Part shown: piece after piece, positions 39,501-47,574 of the stretch
How the letters are laid out: each line of letters starts with the position of its first letter
Numbering within the stretch: position 1 is the first letter of the stretch
IMG/VR virus record: IMGVR_UViG_3300030329_001842
Coordinates: 1 to 56,188 of that record
Direction: 5' to 3' (one strand)
DNA length: 56,188 bases
Source: a virus
Taxonomy: Duplodnaviria; Caudoviricetes
Position numbers and translations under genes: made by a program
The notes under the pieces: model-generated
Seen by the model: only the letters and a program-made list of their open reading frames with translations
Databases searched by the model: none
What the model was told of the DNA's origin: nothing

Positions 39501-40502
39501 GGTGGTAGTGCAACAGCACAACAATGGAACGTATCTTCTTGGACAGCATCTAATAGTTTCCAGAATGATATGCCTGAAAATTTCATTCGTATGTCGATGC
39601 AAAAGAAATGGAATGGTGTATATCTAAGAATGGGACACTCTTTTAAACCATTCATTGACGCAGGTTCTGCAAATGGACCAGCAAAGGTTAAATTAAGTAT
39701 GTGGTATGGACAATCAGTCCCACCCAACAAAGATTCAACTACCCAAATATATGACTGGAAACCACTTGAATTTATAGATTATACTAACGAATTAAGAACC
39801 AGTGGAGTTTTAAAATTTAATCCACCTGAAGATTGGGCATATTGTACAGATAATGATTTATGTGAAAATAACGGAACTTATAATACTACAGAGAACTGGA
39901 AAGGTCCTGTCTTAAATGATAGTGCTAAAACATCATATGACCCATATTACCATATATTAATAGGTTGGTCAGCAAAGGATGATTCAAATACTGATACTCA
40001 CATGGCTATTCAAAATGCGTGGCCAATAGGTAATCAACATTCAGTATTAATTGATGTAATAGACCCTCACCATGTTAATTTGAATAGTATAGCCCTTGCG
40101 CAATCTTTAGCGTATAAACGTGAGGGAAAATTTAACATAGTCACTGACAAATTAGGTAAATCTGATATAAGAAGAATTGGTGCAGCAGGTGGAGGAATTA
40201 AATTTGGTGGTATAGATTTAGGTTCTGATGAAACAGGTAGAAACAAAATAAAAACTTATCAGCAAAATGCAACTCCTGTCTTTTTAGATATAACTCACAA
40301 TGACGATTCAAAAACAAGATTTTACGGTGTAATAACATCTATGTCTGAAGATATGCCAACAGGAAAGATGACTCCAAAATGGGCAGTACAATTTCAATGC
40401 TCTTATTGTGTAGAAATGAGTTCTACAGGAGCAATGACTTCAGATAAAATAGCATTAGGTGGTGTAATAAACGATGTCTCAAAGTATCTATTGCAATCCT
40501 AG
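36513..40502 (+). CDS. large tail/tip protein (1329 aa) with PKD-like N-terminal region
   Basis: VDWDDG...HIYSKIG; S/T/A-rich; ELVKVTAISSNTITVKRG..GT.AA motif. Confidence 0.7.
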   Translation: MATSIIKCYDTEENAINGGAEGLIASSTNVDSYPFAFTVNSIGNGIYNRADHVPFFIFTRYFFRFESNDPVIAFHVDWDDGEDNSDNRNNFEIVEVDGAVGFYAVTGHIYSKIGTFWPMIRAESEEGFVSKWYTNDNNTGYKHRMYNKVATATDTVPHGRQDTFGVREEKTSDISSTTGFRIPHMRPANLPPIAVIKTDNKRVFAGIDNEQIDFRSGQKPLLYAWSDSTAITNAGDEGGTCNIRVTMEVEGDDDAQVREYTLPVQNDTRLLSSNWDENDIRDDCAPQGGLFGAGAIETQTIRFDAGDTAGVDINGTPTSSASFNEKFIKIAGGTAGITSTNFIVQFKHAAVAQSATLVCGDSTPGAMGNAGSGTAPYIDLRSALNGTHRFWLNCSGSNTAPSAPSSGFLEEIDISSDANANAIAATIDSAIENGITISDMSGGTTTSDQFSSSVVDNRVTITHAAGYVSHDTHPWTLNNLAGGSASSLTTDTVGEAAGGDSSLGGHTLLTVEFTSGDSANTLASLTATAINANANFTASADTNTVSYSPVVTGNMVDADNSTTNGSNNTQDVPSLTLATTAAGSSSTGSINPSRRLFKAKLNDIDTLADNDRVYIKVHNFDLDTDGTASPDSGLDNTVAILSNGNPIVELNDRLSKVLLDGGESHTRAGNTVIKNYYFDLDKNLITSGGAAISSTSVSNSVGELTGKFSDYFNNFNDYTKETTYTHHNLGFSTDSDGRFEGFSRLCRLQVEDDSARFLLDTAANEGCAITRSIIDLTESRHPEQIIRVRLNARKSYTKGAVLTQASTGATGTVYRSTFNQNYVDLHKQSKVSNFDASGTAITVSSNALVSNITGDDDDGYPLALSSGSLRLIDNFFENGTNQFLIQSTNQSGLSNNSANFPSSNTTTLDGAILAGANPTTSFDLTSASGIFIGDILKINNAELVKVTAISSNTITVKRGYHGTTIAAASDDDSVKRAAPNWGGVSGFNDDGTNPISGGSATAQQWNVSSWTASNSFQNDMPENFIRMSMQKKWNGVYLRMGHSFKPFIDAGSANGPAKVKLSMWYGQSVPPNKDSTTQIYDWKPLEFIDYTNELRTSGVLKFNPPEDWAYCTDNDLCENNGTYNTTENWKGPVLNDSAKTSYDPYYHILIGWSAKDDSNTDTHMAIQNAWPIGNQHSVLIDVIDPHHVNLNSIALAQSLAYKREGKFNIVTDKLGKSDIRRIGAAGGGIKFGGIDLGSDETGRNKIKTYQQNATPVFLDITHNDDSKTRFYGVITSMSEDMPTGKMTPKWAVQFQCSYCVEMSSTGAMTSDKIALGGVINDVSKYLLQS

Positions 40503-41517
40503 GTTAGTAATTGATAATAACGATATACCGTTCGAGTTTTCCGCTAATATAGATATAAAAGGTAATAATGCTATTAGTAGGGCTACAGTTAAGATAGAAT
40601 CAGATAAATTAAACGATATGAATTTCTTTGGTAAAGAAACTTGTATTTATCTTAATCAGGGGAGTGTAGATAATGTCCCTATATTTAGGGGATTTATTCA
40701 AGATGTTAAACCCACAGATACTTCATTAGCATTAGAAATATTAGACCCAAGATGTTTATTAGCAGGACCAAATACACCTTTTGTTAAATCAATAAGATAT
40801 GCAGGACATACATTAGCACAATTTACTTACAGATGGATAGATGAAGTTATTAATAAAGAAAAAATAAGAATTGGGTTAGATATGTTAAATGAAACCTCAC
40901 CAGTTCAACCCTTTTATGGTCAAGACTTATTTGATGTAGAAGCAAAAGCGTATGATATAATAAAAAAAGGTATATCTTTAAACCGTGATGATGACGGCGA
41001 CACACAATATAAATATGAAATAGTAATGATTGATGATGGTACAAAGTCTAATATTCATTTTATGAAAGATAAAAAATTAGATAGACCAGCAGCTCTTACA
41101 TTGTCTGATAGGGATGGTATAATAAAAAGGACATATAAAAAAGAACCCACCGCTAACTATATAATGGTAGGTGAAGTAAAATATCAGATTGGTAATCAAC
41201 CCAATGGTCCTCGATTATTAAAAAATGAATATCTACCAGATGTATCTGCATATGAAGACACTCCTGCTGAAATAAATGATATATTAATTACTCAGTTAGA
41301 AGTAGAACGTAAATGGAATGCAAAGGAAATACGTATTACATCTAATAAAGGTCACTATTTAAATTTAGGAGACTTAGTATTTTTAGACGTTGAAGATAGT
41401 GAAATTAGAGGAAAACATAAAGTAACTAGTAAAAAATTAAATATAGGAAAGGGCCGAATGACTGTTTCGCTTTCTTTAAATAAACGTCCTCCTACTTATC
41501 AAGATTTATTAGACTAA
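40474..41517 (+). CDS. baseplate hub/tail tip protein (gpD-like)
   Basis: PIFRGFI..V; LNLGDLV.L...G.HKVTS; last gene of the plus-strand block. Confidence 0.6.
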   Translation: MSQSIYCNPRLVIDNNDIPFEFSANIDIKGNNAISRATVKIESDKLNDMNFFGKETCIYLNQGSVDNVPIFRGFIQDVKPTDTSLALEILDPRCLLAGPNTPFVKSIRYAGHTLAQFTYRWIDEVINKEKIRIGLDMLNETSPVQPFYGQDLFDVEAKAYDIIKKGISLNRDDDGDTQYKYEIVMIDDGTKSNIHFMKDKKLDRPAALTLSDRDGIIKRTYKKEPTANYIMVGEVKYQIGNQPNGPRLLKNEYLPDVSAYEDTPAEINDILITQLEVERKWNAKEIRITSNKGHYLNLGDLVFLDVEDSEIRGKHKVTSKKLNIGKGRMTVSLSLNKRPPTYQDLLD

Positions 41518-41726
41518 TAACTTCTATTTGTTTTATTAGATTTACTTCTAGATTTTAAATCACCACTATCAGGGTCATCAGCTGGTGTTCTAGCTAATAT
41601 AGTTCCTTCTGGCATTTCAGTACCTTGTAATGAATGTATTCCCTGATTTAAATGTCCTGATTCTGTAAGGTTTGCGTTTCTACCAAGTTTCTTGGTTCCT
41701 GTTATAATATCTTTCTCAGATGTCAC
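41514..41726 (-). CDS. hypothetical protein (70 aa)
   Basis: GTG start with AGGAG SD; overlaps the end of the RNR gene. Confidence 0.5.
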   Translation of the reverse strand: MTSEKDIITGTKKLGRNANLTESGHLNQGIHSLQGTEMPEGTILARTPADDPDSGDLKSRSKSNKTNRSY

Positions 41727-43581
41727 ACTTATCTCCTGTGCAAGCTAGCTCTTGTTTACCTTGAGTATTATCTTCATACTCGTATTCAGAGAGTTTGCTA
41801 TAATCTATTACGGGGAGCTTCTTTATAAAGCTTTCGTAGGTTCTATGGTCTATTTCCTCATATGGAGCTAATTCATAGTGTCCACCGTCGTATGGTAGGA
41901 AAGAAACACCGTTGATTATATCCCAATTCTTGTATACCCAATTACCTACTTCAAACCATTCATCATCTCTAACATATACAGTCATACTAGCGTTATGTTC
42001 ACACCAATTATGTTGTAAATCTTTATAATGACTTAGTTGTTGTAATGCAGTTACATCTTTACGTGTAACACATCCCTGTGGAGACTTAACTGGGAATTCT
42101 AATACCCACGTATTAGCTGTTTCCTTTGTTTGTCCATTTTCTGGATGACATGGTATACCAGTATCTCTCATCATTGCGAACAATGGGTCTCCTGCTGATA
42201 TTCTATATCTTCTTATGTAATATTCAGAGTATCTTGGGTGTACTCCAGATGCTGAATCTACAAGCTGTGAAACAGTGCCGCTTGGCTTCACACATGTGGT
42301 CGCTGCTGGCATTTTTGTACCCAATATTCCTGATGCCTTACGAGATATGCGTATAACACGGCTTTTAAGGGCCTTAAACACCTCCGAGTTCATTAGGGAA
42401 GGGTTATCCATCTGTCCGGTCAAACTAACGCCTAAAAGCGCTTCTACGTCACAGTTCTTTTTCCACTCTTTTCTTAGATATGGAAAGTATGTAAATGAGC
42501 TCTGTATGACACCTAACCATGTAGCTGTCTCTACTTTGTCAAGTAGGCTATCTAAATCGTCATCTTCTCTTACTACAACTTCACTAAGGTTACAAAACTC
42601 CATATCTCTTAGCATTATTTCGCCACAAGGGTTAGTTCCTTGTATTAATGGAGCATAACGTCTTGATGGAGCTTTGCTCTGTGCAGCATTAAGATTAAAT
42701 ATGCCTCTTTCTCCAGTGCCTGATAGAGCCAATGATGCCCATTCAGATAAAAATTCACCTGCGGAGGGCTTATCCCTATAGATAGCACTATTGTTAGCCA
42801 TAGCACGTTTGATAGGATAAGGCCACTCCTTCGCATGTCGCATATCTTTATCATGGAGGTCCGACAAGGATATTTGAGAGCTGCGACGAACTCCGCCAAC
42901 TACAACAATCTCAGCTATCTGATTACATATATCATGACATTCGAGAGACGTTAGTTGACGTCCTTGAGCATTGTGCATGGTTTCACGAATGAAATCATGT
43001 AATTTTACCAGAGGTTGAGGACCAGAAGCTCTACCACCCATAGTTTTGAGTCTAGCACCTTCTAATCGAATCTCTGAGTAATCGAAATAGACGTTTTGTC
43101 CTTCATACAGACTTTGCATGAGTGTCTTTACTGAATCTGCCCAGCCAGCCTTCGAATCTTCTATTACAACCTTTTTTAACGCTTGCCCCGAACTTATCTC
43201 CGGTATTACCGGAAGTTTGCCCACTTCTTCTTGTTCTACTGAAAATCCGAATCCTGTGCCACACATAAGGATATAAAGACACTCTGCGAAAGCGTCTACG
43301 GTATTTATCTTTGCAAAGGAACAGTTGTATATGCATGTATTATCTGCCTTTGCTGCTGGACCTGCGGCCCATAAAAATCTCATTGATGGCATTACTCCAA
43401 ATTCCATCATATATTTCTTAATTTTAACTTGAGTCTTTTCAGGTATATCTGGTCTTTCTGAAATTACAAAACTCAAAAATCTGTCAATGGTTTCTTCCCA
43501 TTCTTCTCTTCTATTCTCTTCTTCTATCCAACGTGAATACGTTCTTTTATATATAAATTCTGCTACTTGATTCTTAAACAA
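41716..43581 (-). CDS. nrdJ: class II (adenosylcobalamin-dependent) ribonucleotide reductase
   Basis: RTYSR, PSMRFLW, YNCSF, GGVRRS, TNPCGEI, CNLSEV, TCVKPSGTVS, C-terminal CTGDKC; TTG start; TATA at about 43623-43634. Confidence 0.92.
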   Translation of the reverse strand: MFKNQVAEFIYKRTYSRWIEEENRREEWEETIDRFLSFVISERPDIPEKTQVKIKKYMMEFGVMPSMRFLWAAGPAAKADNTCIYNCSFAKINTVDAFAECLYILMCGTGFGFSVEQEEVGKLPVIPEISSGQALKKVVIEDSKAGWADSVKTLMQSLYEGQNVYFDYSEIRLEGARLKTMGGRASGPQPLVKLHDFIRETMHNAQGRQLTSLECHDICNQIAEIVVVGGVRRSSQISLSDLHDKDMRHAKEWPYPIKRAMANNSAIYRDKPSAGEFLSEWASLALSGTGERGIFNLNAAQSKAPSRRYAPLIQGTNPCGEIMLRDMEFCNLSEVVVREDDDLDSLLDKVETATWLGVIQSSFTYFPYLRKEWKKNCDVEALLGVSLTGQMDNPSLMNSEVFKALKSRVIRISRKASGILGTKMPAATTCVKPSGTVSQLVDSASGVHPRYSEYYIRRYRISAGDPLFAMMRDTGIPCHPENGQTKETANTWVLEFPVKSPQGCVTRKDVTALQQLSHYKDLQHNWCEHNASMTVYVRDDEWFEVGNWVYKNWDIINGVSFLPYDGGHYELAPYEEIDHRTYESFIKKLPVIDYSKLSEYEYEDNTQGKQELACTGDKCDI

Positions 43582-43632
43582 ATTGTCACTTCCTTTCGGT
43601 TCATTATTTTAGGCGACGCACCTATATAAAGT

Positions 43633-43722
43633 TTATGGTGATTCGTCGCATTTTAGGCATTTTTTAGAGCCATCATAGTAAGTTAAGATGGCTCTACTTC
43701 CACATAGTGGGCATGGTGTCAT
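43633..43722 (-). CDS. CPxCG-type zinc-finger microprotein (29 aa)
   Basis: MTPCPLCGSRAILTYYDGSKKCLKCDESP; ATGA overlap. Confidence 0.6.
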   Translation of the reverse strand: MTPCPLCGSRAILTYYDGSKKCLKCDESP

Positions 43723-43781
43723 TTATAATCAACCAGAATGCGCTTAACTGGTTTCTTTTTGACGTTTGAAGTTAATACCAT
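43719..43781 (-). CDS. basic 20-aa peptide
   Basis: MVLTSNVKKKPVKRILVDYK; TAATG and ATGA coupling at its two ends. Confidence 0.45.
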   Translation of the reverse strand: MVLTSNVKKKPVKRILVDYK

Positions 43782-43963
43782 TATCCTTGCGGTTGCTTTC
43801 CAGCTTTGTACAATGGTGAGTCTTCATCGACTGTTACCCATCCTACACCGTTCCAGACTTTGGTTAATTGTTTCTCAGCTTTAGGTTCTTCCTTCTTAGG
43901 TTCTTCCTTAACTTCTTCCTTAACTTCTTCTTTTGCTTCTTTTTTGTCTGCTTTCTTGGCCAT
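43781..43963 (-). CDS. small K/E-rich protein (60 aa)
   Basis: ORF track; tightly coupled in the operon. Confidence 0.65.
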   Translation of the reverse strand: MAKKADKKEAKEEVKEEVKEEPKKEEPKAEKQLTKVWNGVGWVTVDEDSPLYKAGKQPQG

Positions 43964-43965
43964 AC

Positions 43966-44013
43966 TTATTCACAAGTACAATCACAAGTGCATCCTTCTT
44001 TATTACAACACAT
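43966..44013 (-). CDS. 15-aa metallothionein-like peptide
   Basis: MCCNKEGCTCDCTCE; AGGAGG upstream; exactly fills the gap between two ORFs. Confidence 0.5.
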   Translation of the reverse strand: MCCNKEGCTCDCTCE

Positions 44014-44015
44014 GT

Positions 44016-44384
44016 TTACTTTTTCCTCCTTGTAGTTTTTTTGCGCGTAGTTTTACGTTTAGTAGTTTTACGCTTTCTCGCTGCTGCGGCCTTACGACCT
44101 TTTTCTGGGTGCATTTTATTATGCTGTGCAGCAGTCATCTTTTTAAGGTTACTTTTTCTGGCAGTCTTAGCAGTATGGACTCCGGGTTTACCCTTTCCTC
44201 CTTTACCACCACTTTTATGGTGTACTACTTCGTTTTTACCAGCATTAGCTTTCCTTCGGTAGTAGTGAGGTGATTTACCACCTTTCCATGACCCGTTTGA
44301 TTTACCATAACGCGCCATAGGTGATTTTTTACTCCACCTTTTCTTACGATTGGCACTTGTATCTTTAAATTTCTTTCGTGCCAT
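44016..44384 (-). CDS. extremely basic protein with a degenerate HNH-like core
   Basis: NGSWKGG...VVHHK...SNL...QHNKMH; R/K/T-rich termini. Confidence 0.7.
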   Translation of the reverse strand: MARKKFKDTSANRKKRWSKKSPMARYGKSNGSWKGGKSPHYYRRKANAGKNEVVHHKSGGKGGKGKPGVHTAKTARKSNLKKMTAAQHNKMHPEKGRKAAAARKRKTTKRKTTRKKTTRRKK

Positions 44385-44393
44385 CCTTAATAC

Positions 44394-44726
44394 TTACTCC
44401 TTTTCTTCTTGTGCTTCGCTAGCTTCTTCGCTACTTTCGGCTTCTTCTTGTACAGATACTTCCTCTGTTTGTTGCTTTTGAACGGCATCGTCCTTCTCCT
44501 TAATGAAATCATTCCACGAATCTAACAATTCATTTTTTTCGAAATACTCTTGCATTAGAGAGTTCAACATTTGCCTTTCCCTGTTGAGTTGGAAAAGCTT
44601 ATCGTCGGCATCTCTATAAACATGAATTAAGAAATTCATATTAGACAAAGTATCTCCGCCATCATTCTCTGCAATCCATTCTTCTATCTTTTTGACCCTT
44701 TTGGTCAATCTTTCGTTATTTGCCAT
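44394..44726 (-). CDS. hypothetical coiled-coil protein with an acidic tail
   Basis: ORF track; leaderless after the promoter at 44747-44762. Confidence 0.7.
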   Translation of the reverse strand: MANNERLTKRVKKIEEWIAENDGGDTLSNMNFLIHVYRDADDKLFQLNRERQMLNSLMQEYFEKNELLDSWNDFIKEKDDAVQKQQTEEVSVQEEAESSEEASEAQEEKE

Positions 44727-44746
44727 ATATCTTTATCTCCTCGTAG

Positions 44747-44762
44747 TATATAAAGCTTTCGC
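44747..44762 (-). promoter_or_regulatory. BRE/TATA promoter overlapping the primase stop codon
   Basis: GCGAAAGCTTTATATA on the minus strand. Confidence 0.75.
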
Positions 44763-45868
44763 TACTCACAGGGACACTTCTCACATTTACAGAGATTTCT
44801 CTCCTTTAATGTGGATTTTTTGTATCTCCATCCAAAGTTTTCACTGAACTTTACAATCTGTCTACCGGGCTCAGTTGGGTCATCATTATACCAACCGTGG
44901 TCTCCAGCAGGTTCATCATAGATAAATCTGAATACATTAGAGATATCCGTTAGGCTCCAATTTGCATTCAATAACTCACCTACAATAGCTTTATTTTCTT
45001 CATAAGAACTGTGTCCCTCTACTATATTATGCTCTATAAGCTTAATAATACACTCTCTAGGTGCTAAATAGGGCCTATCCTTAATAGAGCCTGAAAAAGA
45101 CCTTACTACGAACTTGTCTTTTCCTTTGAGCTTATCTAATAAATAATCAACACTATTAGATACAGTGTGTTTTATATCAGCCTCGTCACAAAGATAATCA
45201 ACCATGTCTCTCTGTGCCCGTTTTGATTTAACTACGTCAGGTTTATCTCTGGGTTCCATTGCTAGACCATATAGTTCTTCTATATCCATAGTCATAACCT
45301 CCTCTACTGATAAGGGTACACACCACACGCCTGTAGGTTCCCCAGTCAGTTTACTTATATACTGTGTGTTGGGAATCCTTCTTAAGCAAGCTACACTATT
45401 ATTAATGCAAGCTTGGTCAAGCGTACTTAATTTAAATTTCTTCTTCAGATGCGTCAAATACTCTCGTAAAGCTTGTCGCTTCTGGTCGTCCGATAAGTCC
45501 AACGGGGAGTAGAAGTCTATGTTCATTTGAAAGCCCTTCCCCCCTGTAAGATATATCCTCGGGGTAATTTTGTTCGGTTTGCAATACCGCCTTAAAAACT
45601 TTCTTATATCTTTTAAACATTTACTCACATCCTTGTCATGGTCGAAATCGAACCATATACCATTTAGAATTGCAGAATCATAGTTAGGTTTACCATCTAC
45701 ATCTTTCATATCATCGAAGGCATATACACTGGTATAACAACTTTTCTTTCCGTTATACTGTTCCATTAACTTTTCTATATCTTCAACAGAGTAGCATCTA
45801 GCTATTCTGGCTGGGATTCCGAATTCTCTGTAATACATTCTTTCAATATCTCCACTTTTTGACACCAA
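44762..45868 (-). CDS. priS: archaeo-eukaryotic primase (PriS) with a fused PriL-CTD-like domain; likely start MYYREFG at 45838
   Basis: REFG, CYTSVY, WFDFD, TGGKGFQ, LRRIPNT, WCVPL; C-terminal PREC...QI...LCKCEKCPC. Confidence 0.85.
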   Translation of the reverse strand: MVSKSGDIERMYYREFGIPARIARCYSVEDIEKLMEQYNGKKSCYTSVYAFDDMKDVDGKPNYDSAILNGIWFDFDHDKDVSKCLKDIRKFLRRYCKPNKITPRIYLTGGKGFQMNIDFYSPLDLSDDQKRQALREYLTHLKKKFKLSTLDQACINNSVACLRRIPNTQYISKLTGEPTGVWCVPLSVEEVMTMDIEELYGLAMEPRDKPDVVKSKRAQRDMVDYLCDEADIKHTVSNSVDYLLDKLKGKDKFVVRSFSGSIKDRPYLAPRECIIKLIEHNIVEGHSSYEENKAIVGELLNANWSLTDISNVFRFIYDEPAGDHGWYNDDPTEPGRQIVKFSENFGWRYKKSTLKERNLCKCEKCPCE

Positions 45869-46185
45869 TCAGTTGGTATAGCAAAGATGTCTGCACCGTC
45901 ACATTGTGAACCGTGCATTACTAAAACTGTAGCGTGTTCATCTTGTGCTACCATTTCTCCTACAGTCTCACATATTGTGAGATGTTCTCTTGGGTCTTCT
46001 GCATTTATACGGTAGGTCTTGAATGTGCTGGCTGCATCATACCAAGTAAGTTTAACTATAGGGCCAACAGAACCTAATGTTTCTGCCGTTCTACCTGTAT
46101 TATCTACCATATTTCCACTTCTAGTGTTTATTTTCTTTTCCTTTAGTTTTGTCATTTTTCCATTCCTCATACATTCCTGCAACAA
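45802..46185 (-). CDS. small beta-barrel protein; likely start MVDNTG at 46110
   Basis: VKLTWYDA...CETVG...IFAIP..W.QKV pattern seen in marine phage proteins. Confidence 0.65.
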   Translation of the reverse strand: MLQECMRNGKMTKLKEKKINTRSGNMVDNTGRTAETLGSVGPIVKLTWYDAASTFKTYRINAEDPREHLTICETVGEMVAQDEHATVLVMHGSQCDGADIFAIPTDWCQKVEILKECITENSESQPE

Positions 46186-46504
46186 TACCTAAATCACCAT
46201 AGTGTTTATAAAACTTTGCATGAGATGGTGTCTCATCAACACTTATAAAATCACTTGGTCTATCGAATATTAATCTATCATATGGTATTTGATGAATTTC
46301 AAGCCATTGTTCTGTGGCAAATTTAACTGCTAAGTCATTTGGTCTTTCGCACCATATAACTATAGTATGTTCTTTATTTACCCATTGCATAAATTCTACT
46401 ACATCTTCTATAGGTTTACAATCTTTGATATAATCAACTATACCAAACTGTATACCTTTAGCTGGTGTACATATGATATTATCTAATCCGAATACTAAAT
46501 TCAT
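46121..46504 (-). CDS. HAD-like phosphatase homologue lacking the first catalytic Asp
   Basis: LVFGLDNIIC (DxD position), IWCER, TEQWL..HQIPYDRLIFDRP..VDE. Confidence 0.65.
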   Translation of the reverse strand: MNLVFGLDNIICTPAKGIQFGIVDYIKDCKPIEDVVEFMQWVNKEHTIVIWCERPNDLAVKFATEQWLEIHQIPYDRLIFDRPSDFISVDETPSHAKFYKHYGDLGIVAGMYEEWKNDKTKGKENKH

Positions 46505-46695
46505 TGTTTTATTGCAATAATATCTTTCTTGTTTACAATAACTGTGCCTTTATCGCCAGTTAAATATACAAAATTCTCGTCGTCGTTGGTTATTTTACCA
46601 CGACCAACTTTCGTTCTATCCTCTTCTCTCCAGACTATCTTAACCTCATCATCCTTGAGGAAGGTCATTAGTCCTTTCATATCACTTTCTTCCAT
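46501..46695 (-). CDS. small Sm/Hfq-like fold protein
   Basis: VKIVW...GRGKITNDDENFVYL...TVIVNKKDIIAI. Confidence 0.55.
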   Translation of the reverse strand: MEESDMKGLMTFLKDDEVKIVWREEDRTKVGRGKITNDDENFVYLTGDKGTVIVNKKDIIAIKQ

Positions 46696-46754
46696 ATTAA
46701 TTCTCCTATTAGGAGCGGCAACGCGCCGTCCTATATATACTTAGTATAAGCTAG

Positions 46755-46768
46755 TATATAAAGCTTTC
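46755..46768 (-). promoter_or_regulatory. BRE/TATA promoter
   Basis: GAAAGCTTTATATA on the minus strand. Confidence 0.7.
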
Positions 46769-46770
46769 TA

Positions 46771-47574
46771 TCATTCCAAGTTAATTTCTACTTCTTTATC
46801 TGTGGTTTCTGATAATGATAAGAACATTTCGCTCTTATAATCTAGTATAACTTCAGGAAACCTTCTACCTGCCACTAATGTGATAAAACCTTGGTCTCCA
46901 CCAAAAAGATTTTCATCCCACCATCCATCAGGTATAATCTCCATAACTTCTTTATAGAAATCTATCATATATTCTCTTTCTCCTATCCATGCACCACTAC
47001 ATAGATGTTTAAAAGGAGAACCTAGCCATTCATACACTTCTTCGAGTTCTCTAACTCTTTTCAATTCGTCTTTCCATGAACCTAAATCAATTGGTGCTTT
47101 TCCGTGAGCATCCATTATACCTTGACCTGTTTCAAGATTAGGCCATTGTGGTATTTCAGCACTGAATACACATCTAGCTTCTTTACGTTGAAAAGACCTC
47201 AATACTTCATCAACAGCATCATATCCTAATACCATTACATCAGTTGCATCTAAAGCCATCACATATTTTGTTTTAACTAGACTTAAATATTTTGTCATTT
47301 TCCTTATTTTATCAAGAAAATCGAAAGGTTGTTTCATAGGTATAACAACCAATCTGTCAGATAAGTTAAGTTGTTTAAAGCAGTTTTCTAATAGTGTTTC
47401 TTCACTAGGAATACTCCACGTAATAACTGTTATATCTTCAGACATTTCACCTTCACATGGTGGTTCTGAAAAGTATTTATTTACTGCATCATCCCAACGC
47501 TTCTCCATCTTTGCGGGGCCATTGGCGTGTACAATAGGTACTAAATTTTCACTTAACTTATTTTTAAAATACAT
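46771..47574 (-). CDS. PLOD/LH3-type glycosyltransferase domain protein (apparently circularly permuted)
   Basis: YVMALDATDV, VFSAE..WP, HLCSGAWIG, GDQ, LDYKSEMF; PIVHANGPAK at the N-terminus. Confidence 0.75.
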   Translation of the reverse strand: MYFKNKLSENLVPIVHANGPAKMEKRWDDAVNKYFSEPPCEGEMSEDITVITWSIPSEETLLENCFKQLNLSDRLVVIPMKQPFDFLDKIRKMTKYLSLVKTKYVMALDATDVMVLGYDAVDEVLRSFQRKEARCVFSAEIPQWPNLETGQGIMDAHGKAPIDLGSWKDELKRVRELEEVYEWLGSPFKHLCSGAWIGEREYMIDFYKEVMEIIPDGWWDENLFGGDQGFITLVAGRRFPEVILDYKSEMFLSLSETTDKEVEINLE

